Origin: Eukaryota sp. TZLM1-RC
Taxonomy: Eukaryota > Protista > Metamonada: BaSk clade
Reading direction: 5' to 3'
NCBI GenBank assembly: GCA_040285825.1
Contig: JAUPSS010000006.1
Location: 1,178,001 to 1,242,000, forward strand
Length of the DNA stretch: 64,000 nucleotides
Shown: one piece after another, positions 36,601 through 47,467 of the stretch
How positions within the stretch are numbered: the first letter of the stretch is position 1
Layout of the letters: the number at the start of each line of letters is the position of its first letter
Program-made: the position numbers and the translations under genes
The notes under the pieces: model-generated
The model's input: only the letters and a program-made list of their open reading frames with translations
Told to the model about the DNA's origin: nothing
Database searches by the model: none

Positions 36601-37025
36601 AAAATCTTTTTAGCTTTTTCATTGAACCTGCTTAAGCAACACGCAGAAAAAATATTATGTAAGCTCTCAGAGACTGCAATAGGACGAACATCCATTTTTG
36701 AATTTTTGACAAGTGCAGTCAAACGAGAACTTCTTAATTCTTCTGGGTACTTGCGTTGACCAGATAATATTTGGTTGAAAAATTTGGTCAATAAACCAAG
36801 GCAATCTTCTGAAGAAACAATCGCGGCTTTTACATGATCAATAGGCAAATTTGGCAAAATAGAATAGTGTTTTCTATTTTTAAGGGGATGTTGAAGATGG
36901 TTTCTGATGCTTTGCTTTCTCTTGGATCTCACTATGAGAGAGTTGCATCTAGTGTTTTTGTTTTGGGAGAGATGGATTTTTTGGATGTTGATTTATAGGT
37001 TTAGAATATAATTAAATTTAAAAAA
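33636..37025 (+). mobile_element. 5'-inverted, truncated family B insertion (inverted 33636-33861; sense 33856-34534 and 36850-37025), poly(A), 12-bp TSD AATTTCAGTACT
   Basis: TSD at 33624-33635 and 37026-37037. The inverted part is the reverse complement of 63521-63742 and the sense part matches from 63801. The ORF resumes as WQNRIVFSIFKGM...DVDL* after 36850. Confidence 0.92.
34535..36849 (-). mobile_element. 5'-truncated CRE-like non-LTR family A element (open RT + RLE frame) nested in family B, 11-bp TSD TTTGGCAAAAT
   Basis: DVRPIAVSE, LDFSNAFN, GVKQGDPLGPLLF, AYMDD, CICS..HALNC, DRGD..D..KEKHRKY; TSD 34524-34534 / 36850-36860. Confidence 0.94.
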
Positions 37026-37273
37026 AATTTCAGTACTAAATTTTCAGAAACGGTTTTTAAAGAAGAAGTACAAACAATGTGCAAAATTTGTAATTCAAAG
37101 TTTGTTGATTTTAAAATTCCCATTTTCCACCTAAATTAAACACTCTGTTCGTTGTTATCCAATCATAAAAAATATTACTTGTTACCAGTACTTGGTATTT
37201 GTTTAAATCATTATGAAACAAACCCTTGGTATTAATTTCTATTCTTAAATTGATTTTTCAAAACTATTTCTTT

Positions 37274-38668
37274 TTATTTTGTTATTACATCTATTAAATC
37301 ATATACAGAATCAAACTCAAAATCAACAAACTTACCATTAACAACTTCCTCTACAAAATCCTTCATGAATCTCCCTCCAATCGCCGTAAATGAAGCTCCA
37401 TGGCATTCATCAAGCTCTCTTATCGATATTGCAGCTATGGTCCGCTGATCATACAGTTGAGGAAGCATGTGTGATAGCACAGACATCCTAAACATGTCCA
37501 AAAACCCTGCCCTACTACAATCCTTGTCTCTCTCGGTCATAAAAGGCTCCATGTAATCTGGTGGGGCAAGATCAACAAGAAAAGGAGCTAGAGAATTTAA
37601 AAGTTGAAATATTCTTGGTTGATTGAATTGCAAAGAATTCGTAATAGAATCAGGACCTCCAAAATTCTTCAAGGGAGAGATGCCTTCTATAGCAAAAGAA
37701 TCCAACCCAATTGAATAAGTAAAAATAGAATACATTGATGCCGAACCTAACGAAACAACCCTGGTGAAGTTCACCTTGTATAAAGCGGTTGAAAGTAGAG
37801 ATAAATGAACAGTGTGCGTGTACCGATCTTTATCATCGACAAGGGGGTCAATAACACACGTCACCACGTCACGTGATGCCAGCGCATCAACTATTGGTAA
37901 GGTGACATGTGGTGTTGATTCTAATGGTGGCATTATTAAAGTTGAACTTGATAAATCCTCACTTCGCACGTCATGACTGCACAACAAGCTACCCACAGCT
38001 CCTCTTTCGTCCACCAAAGTAAAACTATATGGAAGGGTGGTGTAGATGCATGATGGCCGATGATAAACACCTAAAAGCGCCGTGATGGCCATAAGAATAG
38101 TAATGAGGTGTGTTATTAAAAAGATGAAAACAAAGACAAACGGGGCAAGGGAATCACGAATTCTAAAAAACCTTTTCCTTGACTTGTGTTGGAACATCAC
38201 GTGGGTGTTGAAGAAGCCAAATGATGGGTTAATAGAGAAGGTTCTGTTAAGTGACCTGACGGGACTCTTCCCCACAGGACTCTTAGCCAAGGGGTTGAGA
38301 ACGTTGGTGTTGGTGGGAGGAGGTCTGTACTTGGAACTGCGGATGGTGAGGTAGAAGAAGAGTGAGCATGTGGGGAGAAGGAAGGATGGAACGAGAGAGG
38401 AATGTCGGATGAGGAAGAAGCGTAGGAGAGAGACTATGAAGGCGAGGATGAAGATAACTGAGGAGAGAGAGAATAGAAAGCGAAGAAAGTAGACACGACG
38501 TTTATGTTCACGATTAAAGCATAGCCAACCATATCGATCAGCTACAAAGAAGCAAAAAGATGTGAGTACGAGAAGGAGGCCAGAGAAGTATGAATGAGTA
38601 TCAATGGCTGAAAGCACGACAGTTATGCCAATGACCGTCCCTGAGAGGCACAAAGATGCAACAGGCAT
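37274..38668 (-). CDS. Hypothetical membrane protein (about 5 TM segments + soluble C-terminal domain)
   Basis: 464-aa open frame with coding-like composition and hydrophobic N-terminal helices; no family recognised with confidence. Confidence 0.75.
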   Translation of the reverse strand: MPVASLCLSGTVIGITVVLSAIDTHSYFSGLLLVLTSFCFFVADRYGWLCFNREHKRRVYFLRFLFSLSSVIFILAFIVSLLRFFLIRHSSLVPSFLLPTCSLFFYLTIRSSKYRPPPTNTNVLNPLAKSPVGKSPVRSLNRTFSINPSFGFFNTHVMFQHKSRKRFFRIRDSLAPFVFVFIFLITHLITILMAITALLGVYHRPSCIYTTLPYSFTLVDERGAVGSLLCSHDVRSEDLSSSTLIMPPLESTPHVTLPIVDALASRDVVTCVIDPLVDDKDRYTHTVHLSLLSTALYKVNFTRVVSLGSASMYSIFTYSIGLDSFAIEGISPLKNFGGPDSITNSLQFNQPRIFQLLNSLAPFLVDLAPPDYMEPFMTERDKDCSRAGFLDMFRMSVLSHMLPQLYDQRTIAAISIRELDECHGASFTAIGGRFMKDFVEEVVNGKFVDFEFDSVYDLIDVITK

Positions 38669-38754
38669 CGGCTAAAGTAGTAGTGACAAAAAGTGGCAAC
38701 TAGTCGAGAATAGAGGATTGTGGAGATTCTGAATTAAATTAAATAAATATCTTC

Positions 38755-38845
38755 CCTTTCTCTTGGATCTCATTATGAGACAGTGTCATCTAGTTGTTTT
38801 GTTTTGGGAGAGAAGGAGTATTTAGATGTTGATTTTTAAGTTTTT
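38755..38845 (+). mobile_element. Very short 3'-end fragment of non-LTR family B
   Basis: Matches 36915-37005 (CTTTCTCTTGGATCTCA...GATGTTGATTT). Confidence 0.7.
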
Positions 38846-39207
38846 GAATAAACAAATTGTAATTTTTGGTCATGGAAAAGTATTGATAGTATTTTAGTTA
38901 AAATTTGATGTCCATCACTTTCCTATGCTCTACTGACTTGATTTTCTCAAATGAAGATTTATTTGGACCAAACTAATCAAACCGTTTGCTGTACATGTTG
39001 TTTTGCAATACGTACTTGCTGTCTCTTTACTCAGTTGAATTGTGTAAGAAAATAGAAACTGGATCAGGGTCAAAAGAGGGCTATGTCCTTCTTTCTTGTG
39101 AATCGTTTATGAGCACTGTCAGAAACAGTGGATTTGAACAACAACAATGCTGTCTCTAACAATTAGTTTGTTTTACGAATAAACAACATTTATTAAAATT
39201 TATTTAT

Positions 39208-41259
39208 TTAAACACATTCACCACACCAAGCAACAGCATTGGCTATTAATAAATGACCATCAGATGAGGCATGCCAGTTGCCTGCATGTGCATGGATGTC
39301 ACTGCTGAGAGAAAAGAAGCCAAATTCAACTAATCTACCACTAGCAACAATCTTCTTGGCAATTAAAGGAGTACCGTTATTGATAGTAGCAACCACAGTT
39401 CCACTGGTGAAGTTTGCGCTTATTCTCCCAGCATTTGAAGAAAAAGAACTGACATTTTTAAGTAAAGGATCATCAGGAAGTGTTGGAGTCATGGTGACGT
39501 AATTTTCTCTTGATTGTTGATAAAAGTTGAACTGTCCTCCATCAAAACAAGAGTAATTAAAACCATTTGCTGGCTGAGCATTGAACAAAACCAAACCTTT
39601 TCCTGATTCAAGTATTTGGTTAAGAAAAGAAGCTGTCCACCTCATGCTATAAGTCTCCACAACAACAACATCAAAAGCACTCAATTCATTGAAATTGTTT
39701 ACTTCCCGACCTGGACTAATTGAAATCTCAACGTGATTCCAATTCTGATTAAATCCTTTTCTAAGCATGGAAACTATATCATCTAGATAATTATCCCCAG
39801 TAGAACAGTAAACCCCAACATTAAGCCTTTTAAAACAAACTTCCCTTCCCAATAACCTTTTAGAAACTTCTCTAATATTACCTTGATTACAACTAACATT
39901 TACCACCTTCTCCAACCAAACTTCCTTATTACCATCAACAACATTAGAAAGGGTCAAATTAGAAAGGAAATCGACAGGAATTTCAACGACTTCTGGTAAT
40001 GATTGGAATTGGTAATTGTCGATAACTTTGACTATCAAATCAGTTAAGGAGTGGCTAATTCCAAAATTTAAAATATTGGTGAATTCTTCTTGACCTAAAT
40101 CCCCAAAATCAATTTTGTTGGTAATAGATTTTATCTCTGCAATGTTGAGAAATTCGGAAAATTGAAGAAGCCAAATAAAATCAATTGATTTAATTACCCT
40201 AGATTGAGCAAAAAATAATGAAATTGTTTTTGATTTTAAATCATTAGGAATTTCACAAGAAAGAATTTCCCCAATAATTTCCCTATTAATGGTACAAATA
40301 GAATCAAATTGCACTGCCATGAGGACCTCTTGAGCTCTTTTCGAAATATTAAAGCTGCTGACATCTACAAAATCTTGATTGAGTAATTTTCTAAATAAAG
40401 TCAATTTGAAATTTTTGGTAAAATTCTCAATATTTTGAAAGCTTTCTAACCAAATATTTTGGTATTCTTGCAAAATATCAATAGCATTTCCTACACATTC
40501 AATACCTTTTTCCTTCAATTGTCCATCAATCAAGAGATTTTCATCAAAAACCTCACCACAATCAATTTGATTGATTAGGGTAGCTGATTGTCTGATCAAA
40601 TCAGCAATCAAATCATTCAAAATTGATTGACCAGTCGAAAGAGTTTCCTTGACCACTTGGTCAACTCTTTCGGTTGGTTCGGGTAAGCTAAGCGTACACG
40701 TGCTCAATGCTTCCTGCAATGTCTTCACCTCCTCAGTGACAGCTTCCTTGGCATCGAGAAGAGGGATCAATTGCTGGTTGTGGGCAGCGTGACCTTCCAA
40801 TAGACCACAAGAATCACAGATTGCTACCTTGCATTGGGTACAGAAGTACTCCAGGTTCTTGGTCTTATGGCGAGGACACTTGACGGAGGCTAGGGAGGCT
40901 TTCTTTTCGAGAGGGACGATGTTGTGGTTCTTTAGCAATCTATGTTCATGAAGTTGAGATGAGCATTCTTGGCAGAGAACACCATCACATTGCTCGCAGA
41001 AGAGAGTGGCATCGGCTTGAAGACAGTCATTGCAGACGGGTGATTCCTTTGGTTTCTGGTTGAGAGCATCGATCGCCTCGATTAGGGCTATGTTGATTGA
41101 GAGAGTTTGTTGGGAGACGTTTTTGCGACAGGAGGGACATGTGGAGTTGGACTTCAACCATTTAGAGAGACATTTAGTTCGACAAAAGCTATGACCACAA
41201 GTAAGGGTTGTGGGTTCTTCCATTGTTTTAAGACATATGCCACATTCAAGAAGACTCAT
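39208..41259 (-). CDS. TRIM-like E3 ligase (RING-Bbox-Bbox-coiled coil-helical-C-terminal alpha/beta domain), divergent paralog
   Basis: CGICLKTMEEPTTLTCGHSFC...CPSCR, two B-boxes, FDVVVV..LESGKGLVLFN..GRLVEFG..DGHLLIANAVAW. Confidence 0.92.
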   Translation of the reverse strand: MSLLECGICLKTMEEPTTLTCGHSFCRTKCLSKWLKSNSTCPSCRKNVSQQTLSINIALIEAIDALNQKPKESPVCNDCLQADATLFCEQCDGVLCQECSSQLHEHRLLKNHNIVPLEKKASLASVKCPRHKTKNLEYFCTQCKVAICDSCGLLEGHAAHNQQLIPLLDAKEAVTEEVKTLQEALSTCTLSLPEPTERVDQVVKETLSTGQSILNDLIADLIRQSATLINQIDCGEVFDENLLIDGQLKEKGIECVGNAIDILQEYQNIWLESFQNIENFTKNFKLTLFRKLLNQDFVDVSSFNISKRAQEVLMAVQFDSICTINREIIGEILSCEIPNDLKSKTISLFFAQSRVIKSIDFIWLLQFSEFLNIAEIKSITNKIDFGDLGQEEFTNILNFGISHSLTDLIVKVIDNYQFQSLPEVVEIPVDFLSNLTLSNVVDGNKEVWLEKVVNVSCNQGNIREVSKRLLGREVCFKRLNVGVYCSTGDNYLDDIVSMLRKGFNQNWNHVEISISPGREVNNFNELSAFDVVVVETYSMRWTASFLNQILESGKGLVLFNAQPANGFNYSCFDGGQFNFYQQSRENYVTMTPTLPDDPLLKNVSSFSSNAGRISANFTSGTVVATINNGTPLIAKKIVASGRLVEFGFFSLSSDIHAHAGNWHASSDGHLLIANAVAWCGECV

Positions 41260-41749
41260 TGGATGTTGATTAGTCTAATAAAAGGTTTGAAATTTCTGGA
41301 GAAGAGATAATTTTGATTGGTGAGTTCAACAAAATCTAAATGAATGTAAAGGGTTTGTTTTGAAAGAAATGGACTACTTAGATGTTGATTCAAATGCTGT
41401 TTACTGTATAAGTTTGCTCAATGCAAATCCTGTATTTGAAAGTGGATTAAAAGTGATGCTGATTGATACTCGCTTATTTCAAAAACTAGGACATATGCCA
41501 CATTCAAGAAGACTCATTGGATGTTGATTAGTCTAATAAAAGGTTTGAAATTTCTGGAGAAGAGATAATTTTGATTGGTGAGTTCAACAAAATCTAAATG
41601 AATGTAAAGGGTTTGTTTTGAAAGAAATGGACTACTTAGATGTTGATTCAAATGCTGTTTACTGTATAAGTTTGCTCAATGCAAATCCTGTATTTGAAAG
41701 TGGATTAAAAGTGATGCTGATTGATACTCGCTTATTTCAAAAACTAGGA
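41232..41749. repeat. Exact 258-bp tandem duplication covering the TRIM start codon and upstream region
   Basis: 41232-41489 repeated at 41490-41747. Confidence 0.93.
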
Positions 41750-41769
41750 AATGCACCATCAACTCCGGA

Positions 41770-42489
41770 TATCACCTTATTTATATTTATACATTTGTTT
41801 CAGCTTTTGCAGAAAACTGGATATGCTGAGCTGCTGAAACAATTTTATATATGGTTGTCTGATGGATAAGAATGATAGAAAAGTGTTGCAAGCTCAGTAT
41901 TTCACGTTGATTGTTAATTGGAAAGATTGTGGTTTTTCGATAGCACGTGTTCTGTATCACTTCTTTTACTGATAGACTTCCCTAAATGGAAAATGTGAAC
42001 AAAAAAACCAAATGTCTGTTTCTAACAGCTTTTCTGTTTCATACACCAGTGTGAACTCTCAACATGTTGATGTTTTTCATCACGCTTGTGGGCTCAATGA
42101 ATGATTAATAAATTCTAAAGGGAGAGAAATTGACATTGCCAAAATAGGCATTCAACTAATTTAAACTATCCTCACTATTACAAAATCAGCCTTTCTACAG
42201 ACCATTGTTTGATTTCCTATAAATGAAGTTTAACTTGTAGGAATTCCGTATGGAACTTTCATACCACTCTAAACTTTAGAAAACATGAGTTCAATTGTTC
42301 AATTACTAACGCCAATTCTTTCACACTTCTTGTTGTATTGAGGTCAAGAATTATTCAATAATTATTTAAGACAATACAGATTGTTTTCCTTATAATACAT
42401 TATTGATATCAAACGCAACTTTATGCCCTGAAAATTCTAGATTATTATAGTAAATTATAGAAATGCAAAAATCATTGAAGTTTAGAATG
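41770..42489. repeat. Unclassified dispersed repeat; homologous blocks at 50489-50705 and 51236-51634
   Basis: TCACCTTATTTA.ATTTATACATTTGTTTCAGC and ATAAATGAAGTTTAACTTGTAGGAATTCC...ATGCCCTGAAAATTCTAG are shared. Confidence 0.8.
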
Positions 42490-42519
42490 ATAATTTTCTA
42501 CCTCAAATTCGGTCATTTG

Positions 42520-43780
42520 AACCAAAACACCAACGACGATTTCTGAAAAATAGCGTTCTTCACATATCCGCAGCTGTTCACAATCGAAAGATGGTGATGG
42601 GACATTGAAGGGACATCAATAATAACAACGTCTTTGTTTCACCGTAAATTGATGCTCAGTATTCACCAAATTGATTATGATTGTGTTCTGCCATCATAAT
42701 GATGAGACAAACTTCCCCGGCGATTTAACTTTATTGGCATCAATGTGAAGCACATCAAAAGCCTAAGAAAAACATGGTTTAAGCTGAACATACTGATGTA
42801 ATAAGCATCATCATTAAACTGACGTATTATTTCAACGATTATAATAGCATTGAAAGCAACAAATATCTCAAAATTATATCTATTCAATACTAATGAACAG
42901 ATACATTAACCAATAATATAGCTCTCAACACTCATATACTAAACGATCAGAATTTTCACCAAGCATTGATTCATAAACTATTCTATTGACCCTGAGTTGA
43001 TTTGCTGATGAATTGCAATACTTGGCCCTAGAAAGTAAAATGGTAAATTTAAAAACACTGGAGACATCAACATGGTCTCAGAGAGGTGACGTGTTTTGTG
43101 CAACTCGTAGTCAATGATGAACGTGATGATTTCACTGAAATTATCTTTCCATACAGATTCTACTATTCATGAGCTGTGAGTTTTTCAGCTTGTCGCCAAT
43201 TATACGGTTCATAATGAAAAGGCGTCTTATTTGTGTGGTATACAAAATCTTTTAAGGCCCGTTGAAAATCTTCCTGATCCAAAATTGTAGCCAAAAAGTT
43301 TCCCGTAACTCTTAAATAATTGTTTTCTCTTTCACCTGAATAGAACTGCAGAGCTGTGTGATTTTCTGGATCTTATATATGTGCAGTTACATGAGCTTGG
43401 GTAAGAATTGCGTCAATTCGCCGTTTGAATAGCACAAGAATCATAGAATAGCTCAAGAATCATGCCTGCCTTAACAAATTCTGATCCATTACAGGTTATG
43501 ATGAACCGGACACACTTGGCACCAACAGCTTGCATGACATTATCTATTTGATCAGCAAAAACATTGCCTCCTTTTTTTTGATTTGTTGAATCAAAGGCAT
43601 TATAGAAAAAATGAACAGCTGGAGCATTTAACATGACATTCAAAAACCCTGTTCCATTTGAATTGGTCTATGCAACGGTGCTGATGGAAAATTCTGACAC
43701 TTTGATTGTGTCGAAATAGACATTTAACTCTTTTCTCAGCTCTGATTCAACTAAGGGCAGATATTTCGTTTTTATGACCT
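42520..43780 (-). pseudogene. Probable hAT-superfamily transposase relic (boundaries approximate)
   Basis: NVML...FF...KKGGNVFADQIDNVMQAVGAKCVRFIITCNGS...AG...CAIQTAN resembles the hAT/DUF659 catalytic region (TDN, CxxH degenerate); many stops. Confidence 0.45.
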
Positions 43781-43894
43781 GTGGAAAAGATGATGAAAGC
43801 CTTTGTCTCATAGTTCACATTAGATTTAGAACTTTATATAATAATAATAAATAATAAATCAAAATTATAAAATTTTATAACTATAACTAAATAT

Positions 43895-46800
43895 TTATTT
43901 ATTTATTTATTTATATAAAGAATCAAATAAAAACAAAACAAACTAAAACACATAAGAAACTAAATTCTCCACGCCAACTCTTGATGAATCCTTATAAAGT
44001 TTAGACATCATTAAACTTAAGTACTTCGGAACACTTCTGTACAAAGCGAAAATGATACGATTTTTCCATAAATTCTCTGCAAAATTCTTACCACTTGAAC
44101 GACATAAATTACCAAAATCATTGATGAAATTCAAGGCGGATTGTCCAATGTTGCCAAAAATCGAAAAGGCAAAAGGAACAAACGAAAACTTCGAATAAAG
44201 GTTCTTATTTAAATCATTTAATATCTCGGTATATTTATCTCTCTTACGATCTTCAGCCTTGTTTAAATGACCATTAGTACTAAGTAAAACATCATCGCGA
44301 TAAACAAAAGCAAAGGGATCAACTGTAGTGAAATCAACAACAACTTGAGAGGAATCCACAAAAGGAGCAATTAAATCACCTCGACGTGAATTAAAAAGAT
44401 TATCATCACTATAATGCTTCAACAAAGGTTCTACTTTGCAACTAAAATTGTAACACTTGAACATCTCATATGTCACATCACGAACGGCATTATGAAGAAC
44501 TGACCTATATTGGAGAAATTTCTTACAGCTCACAATATGACGAAAATTGGCAGTAGGTTTTTTGTTACAAATACAATAAGAATTGTCCAAAAGACCACTT
44601 GGATACATCCCTAATCTCAACCGCATGTTTTGTTTCCAAGCTTCATTTGTTAAGTGAAGACCAAATGGCCTTGGTTGCTGAGATATTAAACTAGTACAGT
44701 TCTGAATGTCTGATAAAAAGGCAGCAAAGACGGGATTATTAATCTTAGTCACACTAAGTCGTTTAGAAAAATCCAGGTCTTCAAAACCAATAAGAACAGA
44801 CTTCTGTAATTTCACAACAGCAAGATGAAGGTTGGTGAAAGATCTCGAAGGCACAGCAGGCAAACTTGAAGGAAAACTCCTATTCCAAATATCAACAGGT
44901 AGTTCTTGCACCATTTTTTTCAAGAGAAATTAATAAAGGATGTGATTCATTTAAAGGAATATGATCAAAACGAAGTTTCCATTCAAAAAGAAAATTTTTC
45001 ATACCACCAATAAAAGCACTTTTGCATAAATACTCTGCTTTTGAAAAACCAACTCCACCAAATTTAGGACTAAAAAATGCATGATAAGGAATTTTAGATG
45101 GACAAACTTCTACTAAATTTCCTAAGAAATTTGTTCTCAAAGTATTGAATTGACGTGCAAAATCATGAGAAATTGTGGGAGATAAAGAACGAAGAAGATG
45201 ATTAATTTTTGATCCAAAACACACATTGAGGACCGAAAACGCTAAATGTTTGTCAATTTCTAGATCTTGAATAGCCAAAAGTTGCTCTTCGATTTTCTCC
45301 AAAATACCTGACAAAATCGATTTAACTTTTTCACTATTTCCAAAATAAGATCCAAGAAACCGAATAGCATCTTCCTCGTAATCAACGTATTTGATAAAAG
45401 TTTCTTTAAATGCCACCTCCGCATGCTGATTACCAATAATGAAACACTTGGGCAATTTAATGTCTAACCCTATTTCTTTGGCCAGAAAAACAAAATGTTG
45501 TAAACCGTGTTGTAAAAGAGACAAAGGGCCAATAAGTGATAAATCATCTGCATAAGCACATATATGAATGTCAGGAAAATCCGACTTAAATTTTACCAAA
45601 ACTGATTGCAGTGCTAGGCAAAAGAAAAATGGACCCAATGGATCCCCTTGTTTGACCCCTCTTGACGAAACAATATTCTCAGAATGAAAAATTAAGTTAG
45701 AGGGTGATCCATACATCAATTTAAAATACGGCAAAAGTGGAGGATAGTGTAGTTCAAGTTCTTGCAAAATACTGGAGCGAAAAACGGAGTTGAAAGCATT
45801 TTTAAAATCAATGTTCAATAAATAATTTTCGCCTTTTTGATTGAAAAGTAAATCTGTACACAACGCAGCACATGTTGTGCCATCAGGAATTCCGATAGCA
45901 AACTGATAAGGACGAAAATAATTAATTGCGGATGACTTAACTCTTTTAAAAGAAATAATTGCTAATAATCTCATTATGGACTCACCAACAGCAATAGGTC
46001 TGACACCACCTCCAGGCTTATTTAAAGCAACTAAACGAGATGCCATTAACGCTTGTGGTAACTTGAAACGTCCCATGATGACACTATTAAAAAAGAAAAC
46101 TAAATCATCCACGATTTCTGGACATATGTTGACTGCGGACTTTAAATGATCATAACTAAGTCCAGAAGGCCCAGCAGAACGACCAGACGGAAGTCCTTTA
46201 ATAGCTACACTAACTTCATCACAAGTGATAGGATTAGCAGTGAAGAAATCACGTTCATTATCAGAGACGATGTGATTTATGGTGAAGTCTTCAGGTGGAT
46301 GAAGAGAATTTAAACAATCCAATGTTTCATCATTGAAGGCAGCAGGAGAAGAACCAGCCAATAATTTAAGTGCTGAAGAGTATTGTGAACGAAGAATCAA
46401 AGACTCAAAGCGTTTTTTGACATTTTTAAATTGTGGAACCGACTTCTTATATTTAGATTTCTTGTGTGAAGACATAGCCTTAGAAAGAAAAAATTTCCAA
46501 AAAATCGAAGGATTCCAAATGCCCTTTCGAAGAGAGAAGGTTAAAGATCGAATAACTGTTGCAAGAGAAGACGAATGAGCAGGAGAAACGAATTGAGGGA
46601 TTGCAAATGGAGGTCTACAAGGATCAATTGGCGTGCAAGAATCACAAACCAAAAGAGGTCGACCCGAAACATTGAATCCAGAAACTGGAGAACAACAGAA
46701 CAAACATGATTTTGTATTACTACTGACTGAAGACGAATGAAGTATATGTGGAGGCTCAATAGACTCAATAGGTGAAGATAATGATGCCAATACAGCTTCA

Positions 46801-46956
46801 TCTGACAAAACTTTTCGCTGAGGACATGTTGTTTTTGTGTGACCAACAGTTTTGCACAAAGAACAGGTAGTCACAGAATTCTTAGGGCGTCCTCTAGAAG
46901 GTTTTGAAGTAACTGGTTTCGGAGGCATAGATAAGCATGGAGGGAGAAAAAAAAAT
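43895..46956 (-). mobile_element. Apparently full-length CRE-like non-LTR retrotransposon family C (~3.06 kb), (TAAA)n tail, 13-bp TSD TATAACTAAATAT
   Basis: TSD 43882-43894 / 46957-46969; 28-nt 5' UTR; single ORF 46928-43943 with one frameshift in a T/A run at ~44917. Confidence 0.93.
43943..46928 (-). CDS. Family C protein (~995 aa): AT-hook, CCHC knuckle, C4 finger, RT, CCHC finger + restriction-like endonuclease
   Basis: RGRPK; CSLCKTVGHTKTTC; SAGPSG; GVRPIAVGE; GVKQGDPLGP; AYADD; CICNK..HIVSC; RRGDL..VDFT..AEDRKRDKY. Confidence 0.9.
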
Positions 46957-47168
46957 TATAACTAAATATAATTTATATTGCATTACACTCATAAAATTAC
47001 AATAGAATAGTTGACCAGAGCCATTGATTGAACTTGAGTGGTGTTGAATAGTCGTTCAAACAGTTTTGTTGCGTGCTTCAATGCCTTTAATTTCATCAAG
47101 AATAAAGATTTGAACTCTGTTATACTTGGAACTTTAGCAGTAGGACGTGTAGACCAAAGCTTTTTCCT

Positions 47169-47467
47169 CTACATCAAAAGCAAAAAGAGAATGATCCCAA
47201 GTGTAAGCATGATTACCGAAATGAATATCGATATTGTTTGTACATTGATTATTAGCTGTGATGTTTCTGTAGATTTGGAAGAAAACATTGCTTCAATGAT
47301 GATAACAAAAATAACTAGAACAAACCCCACAACCAATGTGCGATTAATAAACTTCCCACCGACAGTCCCCAGTGAGTAGCAAAGCACATGATTTTCTTGT
47401 TCTAGAGTTGGATCGGGGGAAGTCTGGAGTTAACAGCTAACGAACTTACGAAAAACAGGTTACACAT
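47169..47467 (-). CDS. Small (90 aa) two-TM hypothetical protein with a 26-nt intron (47424-47449)
   Basis: ATG at 47467, exon MCNLFF, intron GTAAGTTCGTTAGCTGTTAACTCCAG, then in-frame TSPDPTLEQENHVLCYSLG... and two hydrophobic helices. Confidence 0.65.

Noticed and set aside
36850-36932. N-terminus of the 777-aa ORF as a genuine family A start
   Set aside because: It lies outside the TSD and is antisense family B sequence.
37274-38050. Alpha/beta-hydrolase assignment for the membrane protein
   Set aside because: Only vague strand/helix resemblance; no nucleophile elbow motif.
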